NCBI GenBank assembly: GCA_963666755.2 | Contig: CAXXGW010000002.1 | Location: 41,606-105,605 of the forward strand | DNA length: 64,000 bases | Direction: 5' to 3' | Source: Candidatus Limiplasma sp. | Lineage (GTDB): Bacteria; Bacillota; Clostridia; Christensenellales; Aristaeellaceae | Shown here: piece by piece, positions 1 through 8,300 of the stretch | How positions within the stretch are numbered: position 1 is the stretch's first letter | How the letters are laid out: the number at the start of each line of letters is the position of its first letter | The notes under the pieces: model-generated | Told to the model about the DNA's origin: nothing | Database searches by the model: none | What the model saw: only the letters and a program-made list of their open reading frames with translations | Translations under genes and position numbers: made by a program

Positions 1-1
1 C

Positions 2-91
2 ATCGCCCCCGGCACCCTGTGGGATCAGCTCCCCGAGGATTGGGTCTGCCCCCTGTGCGGCGCGGCCAAATCGGAATTCGAAGCGCAGTAA
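2..91 (+). CDS. rubredoxin, C-terminal fragment (5' end outside window)
   Basis: Frame 2 reads IAPGTLWDQLPEDWVCPLCGAAKSEFEAQ*. This is the conserved rubredoxin C-terminal DWxCPxCG iron-binding knuckle. Stop TAA at 89-91. Confidence 0.75.
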   Translation: MAPGTLWDQLPEDWVCPLCGAAKSEFEAQ

Positions 92-121
92 CCCCGCGGC
101 GGCACAGCCCGCCCGCTGGCA

Positions 122-333
122 AAGCCCGCGGCCTACGCCGCGGGCTTCAGCCTGCTGAAAAAGGCCATCTGCTTTGTCGCCTGCACCGGATCAGGGCGGT
201 CACGTACGTTCGTGTACGCTCCCGCCAAGATCCGGTTTGGCTTCGCGCATCTGAACCTTATTGAGCAGGCTGTATACCAGCTTCTTTATAGGTTTGTCAA
301 CGGCCTGAAGCCCGCGACCTACGCCGCGGGCTT
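122..333 (-). mobile_element. family-1 element copy 1 (148-307, reverse orientation), bracketed by a duplicated 26-nt hairpin (122-147 and 308-333)
   Basis: AAGCCCGCG[G/A]CCTACGCCGCGGGCTT occurs at 122-147 and 308-333 (25/26 identical). The 160 bp between them align along their whole length with 10713-10876 and 1487-1640. Confidence 0.6.
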
Positions 334-382
334 TGCCGTGCCCAGGCAAACCTCCGCCCCAAGCCCGGTCGTCAGCCCACCC

Positions 383-411
383 TTGCACAAACAGCCTGCG
401 CACGGTATAAT
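383..411 (+). promoter_or_regulatory. sigma-A type promoter for azlCD
   Basis: TTGCAC (383-388), 17-nt spacer, TATAAT (406-411), about 25-35 nt upstream of the azlC start. Confidence 0.65.
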
Positions 412-434
412 ACCAACCAATATCCGTAGCGGAG

Positions 435-1166
435 GTGAGCCCGGCTTTGAAAACCCTGCGTTTCGCGGCCAAGCAGATCGCGCCGGTGGTGTTTGCCTAC
501 CTGTTTGTGGGGCTGGCCAGCGGCCTGCTTTTACATAAGGCGGGCTACGGCACGGTGTGGGCGTTCCTGTCGGCGCTGTTCATCTACGCCGGCTCCATGC
601 AGATTGTGATGGTCACGCTGATGACCTCCGGCGCGCCGCTGTACCTGGTGGCTGCCATGACGCTGCTGATTAACGCCCGGCACATTTTTTACGGCATCAG
701 CTTTGTAGACGAGTTTCGCGCCATCGGGCGGCGCAAGGGCTGCGCGTGGATGTACCCCTACATGGCCCTGACCCTGACGGACGAAACCTACTCCCTGTTG
801 TGCGCCCTGAAAACCCCCGACACGCTGGATCGCGGCCGGGTGGAGTTTGCCATGCTCGCCATGTGCCACCTTCTGTGGATTGCCAGTTGCACCGCCGGTG
901 CGCTGATCGGCGGGATGCTCCCGGTGGATTTTGCCGGCATCGAGTTTTCCGCCACGGCGCTGTTTGTGGCGGTGGTCGTCAACCAGTGGCGGGAGGCCGC
1001 CTCCCACGTGCCCGCGCTCGTGGGGCTTGCCAGCGCGCTGCTGTTCTACCTGCTGCTGGGGCCGGATCAGATGATCCTCCCGGCGCTCAGCGCAAGCGTG
1101 GTCGCCCTCGCGCTGCTCAAAGACCGCATTGCCATGCGCAAGCCGGAGGCCAACGATGAATGTTGA
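435..1166 (+). CDS. azlC: branched-chain amino acid transporter subunit AzlC
   Basis: The 243-aa polytopic protein (…FIYAGSMQIVMVTLM…LINARHIFYGISF…) matches the AzlC family pattern and is followed by an overlapping azlD. The GTG at 435 abuts GGAGG, so TTG at 447 may be the true start. Confidence 0.85.
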   Translation: MSPALKTLRFAAKQIAPVVFAYLFVGLASGLLLHKAGYGTVWAFLSALFIYAGSMQIVMVTLMTSGAPLYLVAAMTLLINARHIFYGISFVDEFRAIGRRKGCAWMYPYMALTLTDETYSLLCALKTPDTLDRGRVEFAMLAMCHLLWIASCTAGALIGGMLPVDFAGIEFSATALFVAVVVNQWREAASHVPALVGLASALLFYLLLGPDQMILPALSASVVALALLKDRIAMRKPEANDEC

Positions 1167-1488
1167 ACTGCGTACCGCGGCGATCGTGGGCGTGATCGCG
1201 CTGATGACCTGGATCACCCGCGCCCTGCCTTACCTGCTGTTTTCCCGCAAGGGGCCGCCTCGGCTGGTCGCCTATCTTGGCGGGGCGCTGCCCGCCGCCA
1301 TCATGGTCATTTTGGTAGTGTACTGTCTGCGCAACACCGCCTGGACGCTGCCGCCGCACGGCGCGCCGGAGCTGATAGCCGTATTGGTGGTGGCAGGGTT
1401 GCAGGCATGGCGGCGCAACACCATCCTGAGCATCTTCGCGGGCACAGCGGTGTACATGCTGCTGATCCGCACGGTGTTTCCCCTGTAA
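1156..1488 (+). CDS. azlD: branched-chain amino acid transporter subunit AzlD
   Basis: A ~110-aa hydrophobic protein starting MNVELRTAAIVGVIALMTWITRALPYLLF. It overlaps the azlC stop, which is the typical azlCD arrangement. Confidence 0.8.
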   Translation: MNVELRTAAIVGVIALMTWITRALPYLLFSRKGPPRLVAYLGGALPAAIMVILVVYCLRNTAWTLPPHGAPELIAVLVVAGLQAWRRNTILSIFAGTAVYMLLIRTVFPL

Positions 1489-1640
1489 AGATAAACCTCT
1501 TACAGGCTTCCAACCAAGCCTGCTCAAAAAGGTCTGGATGCGCGAAGTCTAGCCGCATAAGGGCGGGAGCGTACACGGACGGACGCGACCGCCCTTTGCG
1601 GCATGGGCGACAAAGCAGACGGGCCTTTTTCAGCAGGCTG
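1487..1640 (+). mobile_element. family-1 element copy 2 (left end degenerate, overlaps azlD stop)
   Basis: Aligns with 10713-10876. It shares CTGCTCAAAAAGG…GGGAGCGTACACGGACG…GGCCTTTTTCAGCAGGCTG. The -35-like TTGACA is replaced by AAGATA. Confidence 0.55.
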
Positions 1641-1644
1641 CACG

Positions 1645-1684
1645 GCCCCCGAACCGCCTCCCGCGACGGTTCGGGGCTTTTTTT
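1645..1684 (+). terminator. rho-independent terminator
   Basis: GCCCCCGAACCG…CGGTTCGGGGC stem followed by T7 (1678-1684). Confidence 0.8.
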
Positions 1685-1837
1685 GCGCACTCTGGCCGTG
1701 CGCAGGCGCAACTTACCCGTGCAGCCCTTGCCTCCACGCCTTGTTTGCCGTATGCTGGGGATGTCGTACGGCGGTCGAACCGCCCTTGCACCCCCGGGCA
1801 CTCGCGTGCCGGGCAGACCAACCGCAGAGGTGAGCAT

Positions 1838-2686
1838 ATGATTACCGTGGAGAACCTTTCCTTCAGCTACACCCGCAACCCCTTCCTGCACAACGTGAAC
1901 TTTACCGTGCCGGACGGGCAGATTCTGGGCTTCCTTGGGCCTTCCGGTGCGGGCAAGAGCACGCTGCAAAAAATCCTGATCGGCATGCTGCAGGGCTACG
2001 GCGGCAGCGTAACCGTGGACGGGCGGGAGGTCAAGGCGCAGGGCAAGTCGCTGTACGAGCGCATCGGCGTGGTGTTCGAGTTTCCCACCCTGTATGAAAA
2101 GCTGACCGCGCGGCAAAACCTGGCCTTCTTCGGCTCGCTGTACGCGCAAACCCCGCGCGACTCGCAGGCACTGCTGGCCGCCGTGGGGCTGGGCCCGAGT
2201 GCCGACCAGCGCGTAAGCGAGTTCTCCAAGGGCATGAAAACGCGGCTCAACTTCATCAAATCGCTTTTGCAGGACCCGCAGTACCTGTTCCTGGACGAAC
2301 CGACCAGCGGGCTGGACCCCACCAACGCACAGGTGATTAAAGAAATGATCCTTGCGGAGAAGGCGATGGGCAAGACCGTGCTGCTGACCACCCATAACAT
2401 GCAGGACGCGGCGGAGCTGTGCGACCGCGTGGCCTTCCTGGTGGACGGCGAGCTGCGCGCGCTGGACACGCCCCGCAACTTTACCCTGCGCAACGGCGGG
2501 CGCACCGTCAGCTATACCTACCGCGAAGGCGAGGCGGAGCAAACGGGCGAAAGCGACCTGCTTCACACCGGGGCCGACGCGCTGCTGGCCCGGCTGGTTG
2601 CCGAAAACCGCCTGACCACCATCCACAGCCATGAGCAGACGCTCGGGGATGTGTTTATGGACGTAACGGGGAGGGTGCTGGCATGA
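1838..2686 (+). CDS. ABC transporter ATP-binding protein (ABC-2 exporter type)
   Basis: Walker A GPSGAGKST, signature FSKGMKTRL, Walker B LFLDEPTSGLD. AGAGG lies 8 nt upstream of ATG 1838. The longer ORF from 1745 has no RBS. Confidence 0.9.
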   Translation: MITVENLSFSYTRNPFLHNVNFTVPDGQILGFLGPSGAGKSTLQKILIGMLQGYGGSVTVDGREVKAQGKSLYERIGVVFEFPTLYEKLTARQNLAFFGSLYAQTPRDSQALLAAVGLGPSADQRVSEFSKGMKTRLNFIKSLLQDPQYLFLDEPTSGLDPTNAQVIKEMILAEKAMGKTVLLTTHNMQDAAELCDRVAFLVDGELRALDTPRNFTLRNGGRTVSYTYREGEAEQTGESDLLHTGADALLARLVAENRLTTIHSHEQTLGDVFMDVTGRVLA

Positions 2687-3402
2687 GCGCGTCGCTGCAA
2701 CGCAACCCGGGCGGCAACCTGCGCCGTTTCGGCCGCCTCGCCAGGGCGGAGCTGGGCTTCGCCGCGCGTTATGGAATCCTGCCGCTGTACGGCGTGATCG
2801 CCGTGATCTATCTGGCGCTGCTGTCGGCTATCGCACCCGCGGCGCGCCCCTCCGCGGGCGGGGTCATCGCCCTGACCGACCCGGCGGCGATGGGCCTGTT
2901 CTTCATGGGCGCGATCATCCTGCTGGAAAAAAGCCAGCGTGTGCACTGGGCGCTGGCCGCCTCGCCCGTACGGGTGGGGGAATACGTCGCTGCCAAGGTG
3001 CTGGCGCTGTTCTGCGCCGGGCTGCCCGTGGGGCTGCTTGTGGCGGTGTACGCGGGGCTGCCGCTGGGCAGCTCGGCCCTCTCGCTTGCACTCAGCTCAG
3101 CGCTGTTCACGCTGCTGGGGCTGTGGCTCGCCGCCGAAAGCGGCAGCCTGAACCAGTTCCTGCTGCTGACCATCCCGGTGGAGCTGGTGGCGTTTGTGCC
3201 CGCGATGTTCTACTGGTACGGCGCGCTCACTTCGCCGCTGTGGCTGCTGAACCCGGGGGTGGCAACGCTGGCGCTGTTTACGCAGCCCGCGGCACGCTGG
3301 CCCGCGGCGGCCCTGTCGCTGCTGTGCTGGAACGCCGTGGCCTACGGCTTCTGCCGCCGCGCGGTGGGGAAGTTCCTCAACCGGTTGGGAGGGAGCAAAT
3401 GA
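2683..3402 (+). CDS. ABC-2 type exporter permease subunit 1
   Basis: A 239-aa protein with multiple hydrophobic spans. Its ATG overlaps the ATPase stop (ATGA). Confidence 0.7.
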   Translation: MSASLQRNPGGNLRRFGRLARAELGFAARYGILPLYGVIAVIYLALLSAIAPAARPSAGGVIALTDPAAMGLFFMGAIILLEKSQRVHWALAASPVRVGEYVAAKVLALFCAGLPVGLLVAVYAGLPLGSSALSLALSSALFTLLGLWLAAESGSLNQFLLLTIPVELVAFVPAMFYWYGALTSPLWLLNPGVATLALFTQPAARWPAAALSLLCWNAVAYGFCRRAVGKFLNRLGGSK

Positions 3403-4118
3403 TGAAAACCGTGATGGCGGCTTTCCGGCAATTCCTGAGCGCCATCGGGCGGGACGCGATGCTGGCCGCCTGCCTTGCGATGCCCCTGCCCATGGCCGCG
3501 CTGCTGCGCTGGGGCGTGCCCGCGCTGGAAGGCGCGCTGCTGCCCACGCTGGGCACGGCACACGTACTGGCCCCGTACTACGGGCTGATCGACCTGTTCC
3601 TGTCCATGATGGTCCCGCTGATGTTCTGCTTTGCGGGCGTGATGGTGATACTGGAGGAGCTGGACGACGGCACCGCCCGTTACCTGATGGTGACACCGCT
3701 GGGCCGCAGGGGCTATCTGGTTTCCCGGCTAGTGATCCTGACGGCCCTCTCCGCCGTGTACGATGTGGCGCTGCTGGCCGGGTTCTCGCTTTCGGGCATG
3801 GCGCTGTGGCTGAACGTGCTGTGCGCGCTGGTGAACGCGCTGGTGAGCGTAAGCGTGGCGATGCTGGTGGTAGGACTGGCCAGAAACAAGGTGGAAGGCA
3901 TGGCCCTGATTAAGCTGAGCGGGTTTTTCCTGCTGGGGTATCTGGGCGCGTATTTCCTGCAAACGCCGCTGGCGTATGTGGCAGGGGTACTGCCGGGCTA
4001 CTGGCTGGGGCGCATGGTGTTGGAACAGAACGGGGTCTGGGCATTGCCCGCGGCGGTTGTCGCCTGCGTATGGATCGGGCTGTTCTACCGGCGGTTTGAC
4101 CGGAAAATTTCCTCTTAA
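3399..4118 (+). CDS. ABC-2 type exporter permease subunit 2
   Basis: MMKTVMAAFRQFLSAIG… is a polytopic protein. Its start overlaps the upstream stop and is preceded by GGGAG. The long ORF from 3123 is an out-of-context extension. Confidence 0.7.
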   Translation: MMKTVMAAFRQFLSAIGRDAMLAACLAMPLPMAALLRWGVPALEGALLPTLGTAHVLAPYYGLIDLFLSMMVPLMFCFAGVMVILEELDDGTARYLMVTPLGRRGYLVSRLVILTALSAVYDVALLAGFSLSGMALWLNVLCALVNALVSVSVAMLVVGLARNKVEGMALIKLSGFFLLGYLGAYFLQTPLAYVAGVLPGYWLGRMVLEQNGVWALPAAVVACVWIGLFYRRFDRKISS

Positions 4119-4144
4119 AGCAATAGGGGGAAGCAAACCCCCGT

Positions 4145-4646
4145 CCCCCGCCACAGCGGAAAAAGGGTCAAGGGCAAAAGCCCTTTCGGGGTCTGGCGCC
4201 GGAGGGAAGCGTACGGCCGGCGGCCGCTTCGCCGAAGGCGAAAGCGACCCGCAGGCGGGGCGCGAAACGAGCATGCAAACGGCAGTGCTGCCTGCGAAGC
4301 TAGAACGCCCGGAGTAGGCCCCTAAAATTCCCATACCGCAGCATGCAGCCGCAAGCAAGCGCACAGCCCGAAGGGCTATGAGGCGAACGGTACAGGTGCA
4401 TCACAGAATGAAGCAATCCATCCCGCGCGGCGCTTCCGTCCCTTTGGACGGAAGCGCCGCGTTCGCCTGCCGTTATCCCCCGCCACAGCGGAAAAAGGGT
4501 CAAGGGCGAAAGCCCTTGCGGGGTCTGGCGCCGGAGGGAAGCGTGCGGCCGGTGGCCGCTTCGCAGAAGGCGAAAGCGACCCGCAGGCGGGGCGCGAAAC
4601 GAGCAGGCAAACGGCAGTGCAGCCTGCGAAGCTTGAGCGCCCGGAG
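4145..4646. repeat. B-type mosaic hairpin-module repeats (two ~170-bp units, 332-bp period)
   Basis: 4145-4313 and 4477-4646 are near-identical (CCCCCGCCACAGCGGAAAAAGGGTCAAGGGC…GGCGCCGGAGGGAAGCG…GCGAAAGCGACCCGCAGGCGGGGCGCGAAACGAGC…). A 15-bp perfect hairpin lies between them at ~4426-4461. Related modules occur at 35040-35170 and 58254-58395. Confidence 0.85.
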
Positions 4647-4805
4647 TGGAGCCCCAAACCTCACCCGGGTTGCACCTTCGGAACCGAACAAGGGATTTCA
4701 TCCCCTGACCCATAAGATTGGCAAACTGCCGCAAACGCACCTCTCCCCCGCCCCAATCCCCGCGCTTCACGATTGCAAAACCTTTGGCGCAGGCGTTTCC
4801 ACCGT

Positions 4806-4834
4806 TTGACAGCCCGCCTGCGCAATGGTAAGAT
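4806..4834 (+). promoter_or_regulatory. sigma-A type promoter (extended -10)
   Basis: TTGACA (4806-4811), 17-nt spacer, TGgTAAGAT (TAAGAT at 4829-4834). Confidence 0.65.
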
Positions 4835-4896
4835 AAACCGTAAACAATCACCTCTCCCATCACGGAGCCGCCCATGCGGTTAAAGGGGATGAACGC

Positions 4897-5691
4897 ATGA
4901 ATGTAAACGTTGCCAACCTTTATACGGCGCAGGCCGTCGGCCCGATCATCGCGGTGGTGGTCGCGCTGGTGGGCGCGGTCGCCGCGGCGCTGCTGTTCTT
5001 CAATGCCAAGCGCCGTACCCAGTACCGGGGTCTGCTCAAGCGCATCGGCGCGCATGTCAATTTCGACCGGTTCCTGCTGTCCTCCATCCTTAAGTTTCTG
5101 TATGTGTTTGTGGCGCTGTACTGCATGGCGTACGGGCTGGTGGGGCTGTTTACGGGCGCCCCGCTGGCGGGCCTGCTGTGGCTTGTGCTCGGCCCCGTAA
5201 CCGCGCGGGTGGTGTTTGAGCAGCTGCTGTTGCTTTTGTCCCTGCACGAGCAGCAGGGCGAAACCAACGATCTGCTGCGCCGTATGCAGGGTCTGCCGCC
5301 CAAGGCCGCCATGCAGCCACAACCCCAGCCGCAGCCGCAACCCCAGCCGGTACCCAAGCAGCCGAATCGCAGCCAGCCCGTCGACCCACGCTATCCGCCG
5401 CGGCCCGTCGCCTACCCGCAGCAGAACACCGGGTTTAACGGCTACACTGCGCGCCCCAACCCCGCGCCCGCCTACCCCGCCGAGTACGGCATGACCCAGC
5501 GCTACGCCCCCATCCGGCGCGAAAGCTACGGCGGCTACGAGCCGACCGGCTACGGCGCGGCCGCGGGAGCCGCCCCAGGCGCCAACCCACCCCCGGTGGT
5601 GCGCCCCACCCCCGCCGACGGCACAGGCCGCTTTTCGGCACTGCCCATGCAGGCCGAGCGGGACGAGCGCCCCAGCCCGAAAAAGAAGTAA
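4897..5691 (+). CDS. DUF4282-like membrane protein with Pro/Gln/Tyr-rich C-terminal tail
   Basis: The N-terminal part (…HVNFDRFLLSSILKFLYVFVALYCMAYGLVGLF…VVFEQLLLLLSLHEQ) resembles the DUF4282 pattern. The tail contains (PQ)5 and P/Y-rich low-complexity sequence. Confidence 0.6.
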   Translation: MNVNVANLYTAQAVGPIIAVVVALVGAVAAALLFFNAKRRTQYRGLLKRIGAHVNFDRFLLSSILKFLYVFVALYCMAYGLVGLFTGAPLAGLLWLVLGPVTARVVFEQLLLLLSLHEQQGETNDLLRRMQGLPPKAAMQPQPQPQPQPQPVPKQPNRSQPVDPRYPPRPVAYPQQNTGFNGYTARPNPAPAYPAEYGMTQRYAPIRRESYGGYEPTGYGAAAGAAPGANPPPVVRPTPADGTGRFSALPMQAERDERPSPKKK

Positions 5692-5703
5692 TTCCAACCC
5701 AAC

Positions 5704-5760
5704 CGGCGCACGGCGCACGCGGGGCGCACGCCCGCGCGCGATCCGTGCGCCGTCTTTTTA
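5704..5760 (+). terminator. probable rho-independent terminator
   Basis: CGGCGCACGG (5704-5713) pairs with CCGTGCGCCG (5743-5752), followed by TCTTTTTA. Confidence 0.55.
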
Positions 5761-5863
5761 TTCCCGGATGCAACAAAAACCGCCCGCGCAACGTCTCTTG
5801 TTGGGAGCCGCCTGCTGTGCGGCCGCAAAAATCAGCTCACCGTTGAAGGAGGAATCTTTCTTG

Positions 5864-8161
5864 ATGTTAAAACGCGCGTTCGCCCTGCTGATGACGCTTT
5901 GCCTGGCACTGGCCGCCGTGGGGCCCGCCGCCGCCGAGGCGCAAAACGCATCCTTCTACCTGCAATCCTACAGCGCCAGCGCCCCCGCGGAGGATAAGCG
6001 CGTAACCGGCGGCACCGCCCTGGGCGATACCCTGTATATCATGACCGGCAGCACTCTGGAAAGCTGGAAACCCGGCGAGGCGGAGCCGACCGTCCTTGCG
6101 GATGCGGTCGTTAACGCCGATTATATTAGCCCAGATGAATCCGACAAGGCGGAAAGCACCGGGGACGCCGTCTACAACCGGCTGCTGGCATACGGCAACG
6201 CCTTGTACGGCCTTAACCTGAACGACGGCAAGCTCTGGAAGCTGGTTGACGAAACCGGCTACCTCGCCAAGCCCGTGGCGCAAACCCCGCTTGCGTGGGA
6301 TAAGGTCTCCCGGACAAGCACAGACGGGGATTATACCTATGTTCCGCAGTTCAACGATTTTGCCGTGGTCGGGCAGACCCTCTACGCGTGCGCCGTCGAT
6401 TGGAACAACTCCGACCCGGCGTATGAGGTGTTCGGCTGGGCGCTGGATACCGGCGCAATGACCCTGCACCGCACCGATCTGGCCCTGCGCACGATGGACG
6501 CGTACCGCGACGGGCTGCTGATCGGCAAACAGTACGACGATACCAAAAGCTGGGACGAGGCCACCCAGACCCAGCTGATGCCCAACCTGATTACGCTGGA
6601 CCCCGCCACCGGCGAAACCAAAACCCTGTTTGCCTTTGAAGGCGCAGACATCTACGGCGTGCGCTACAACGCCGCCAACGATACGCTCTATTATGTAAAC
6701 GGCTCCAGCGTTTACAGCATGGCCGGGCTGCAACAGCCAGCCAAGCTGAGCGCCTACCTGCCCAACCGCGTCTGGGAGGATGCGCGCATCTGCCTGCTGG
6801 ACGGCAACATGTACGCTGTGATGGACAGCAACGGCGTGGTGGTGCGCGGGCTGGATATGCCCGGCATCGAAAACGGCGCGCTGACCATCTACGGCGAATA
6901 CGGCAGCGCCGGGCATCAGGCCTACCTGAAAGCCTACCCGCAGGCGCTGGTCACCTGCTCGGAGGATTATTACAACGATCTGGAGGAGTTTACCAACGCC
7001 ATGGTGGCCGGCACCAACGCGGTGGACGTGCTGCGCCTGAGCACCGACTACTCCCCCTTTACCCGGCTGGTGGAAAAAGGTTACGCGCTGGACCTGAGCC
7101 CCTACCCGGAGCTGACGGCCGCCGTACAGGCCATGGACCCGAACCTGACCCGTTTGTGCTACCAGGACGGCAAGCTCTACGGCGTGCCGGTGGAGATGTA
7201 CGCTAACTGCTTCGGCTACAACACCGAAGCCTGGAAGTCCCTCGGGCTCACGGAGGACGATCTGCCCAAGACCATGCTGGATGTGCTTGATTTCCTGCAA
7301 AACTGGCAGGCCGATTACGGTGAGGAGCATACCGACCTGATGCCGCTGGACGTGGGCGACCTGCGCACCACGGTAATGGATTGGATTCTTACCGCCTATG
7401 TGGCCCAGTCCGACGCCAAGGGGGAAGCCCTCTCCTTTGACACGGAGCTGTTCCGCAAGCTCCTGACCGCGATGGAGGCCATCGACTTTACCGAGCTGCA
7501 GCCCGAAGACTCCAATGCCGACAGCGATTACTGGAACCGTACGCCGGTCATGTCCGTTTACATGACGGCTACCTACCCCGGCCAATACCGCTACAACACG
7601 ATGCAGCTGCTGCCTCTGCCGATCGACGAGGGCATGGACCCCGTGCTGCCCGTGAGCCTGCAGCTGTTCATCATCAACCCGCGCACCACCCATCTGGATC
7701 AGGCGGTGCAGTACCTGACCACCTACGTGCAGAACCTCGCGCCCGAAAGCGAAGGGATTACCCTCTACCCAGACCACAACGACCCGGTTGTGAACCAGAG
7801 CTTTGAAAGCGACCTCAAAGGCTGGAAAGACAGCGTCGAAACGGTTACCAAACAGCTGGAAACCGCCAAGCCGGAGGAGAAAGCCTCCCTGCAAAACGAT
7901 CTGGATTACCTGAACAAGCTGATTGCCAATGCGGATGACGACCGGTATCTGGTTTCCGCCAAGGCGATTGAGCAGTACCGTACGCAGATTGCGCCCTGGC
8001 TGGTGGTTGGCGACCAATCCCCGCTCAAGGTATGGGGCAAGGACGGCTCCAACGAGTTCAGCACTCTGGAAAACCAGTATATGGACGGCGCCATCACGCT
8101 GGATACGTTCGTCAAGGAGATGGACAAGCGCATCCGCATGATGCAGCTGGAAGATCAGTAA
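5864..8161 (+). CDS. double-size extracellular solute-binding lipoprotein (N-terminal repeat/propeller-like domain + family-1 SBP domain)
   Basis: Signal peptide MLKRAFALLMTLCLALAAVGPAAA. The C-terminal ~430 aa look like an ABC sugar SBP (ALTIYGEYGSAGHQAYLKAYP…VDVLRLSTDY…KLYGVPVEMY). GAAGGAGG lies upstream. Paralog of 8301-10628. Confidence 0.75.
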   Translation: MLKRAFALLMTLCLALAAVGPAAAEAQNASFYLQSYSASAPAEDKRVTGGTALGDTLYIMTGSTLESWKPGEAEPTVLADAVVNADYISPDESDKAESTGDAVYNRLLAYGNALYGLNLNDGKLWKLVDETGYLAKPVAQTPLAWDKVSRTSTDGDYTYVPQFNDFAVVGQTLYACAVDWNNSDPAYEVFGWALDTGAMTLHRTDLALRTMDAYRDGLLIGKQYDDTKSWDEATQTQLMPNLITLDPATGETKTLFAFEGADIYGVRYNAANDTLYYVNGSSVYSMAGLQQPAKLSAYLPNRVWEDARICLLDGNMYAVMDSNGVVVRGLDMPGIENGALTIYGEYGSAGHQAYLKAYPQALVTCSEDYYNDLEEFTNAMVAGTNAVDVLRLSTDYSPFTRLVEKGYALDLSPYPELTAAVQAMDPNLTRLCYQDGKLYGVPVEMYANCFGYNTEAWKSLGLTEDDLPKTMLDVLDFLQNWQADYGEEHTDLMPLDVGDLRTTVMDWILTAYVAQSDAKGEALSFDTELFRKLLTAMEAIDFTELQPEDSNADSDYWNRTPVMSVYMTATYPGQYRYNTMQLLPLPIDEGMDPVLPVSLQLFIINPRTTHLDQAVQYLTTYVQNLAPESEGITLYPDHNDPVVNQSFESDLKGWKDSVETVTKQLETAKPEEKASLQNDLDYLNKLIANADDDRYLVSAKAIEQYRTQIAPWLVVGDQSPLKVWGKDGSNEFSTLENQYMDGAITLDTFVKEMDKRIRMMQLEDQ

Positions 8162-8300
8162 CTCCCCCCCTTTGCGCAAACTGCCACATCCGCGCGGACA
8201 TTTCGTCCGCGCGGAACCTGTTTATGGACAGTCGGGCAACCCCCGGCGGCCGTCTGTGCTATAATCAGCGTATCTTCGAATCAGGAAAGGATGAGCACCC

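Noticed and set aside
4300-5718. A 472-aa minus-strand ORF overlapping the B-type repeats and the DUF4282-like gene
   Set aside because: It runs through repeat DNA, is antisense to a gene with a promoter and RBS, and its translation is Gly/Arg/Ala-rich.
5867-8179. A 770-aa minus-strand ORF opposite the first binding-protein gene. Similar long antisense ORFs occur at 14267-16096, 19652-21538, 22340-23737, 27902-28981 and 38650-40923.
   Set aside because: All overlap well-supported genes on the other strand, lack RBSs and have Arg/Gly/His/Gln-rich low-complexity translations. They are high-GC antisense artefacts.
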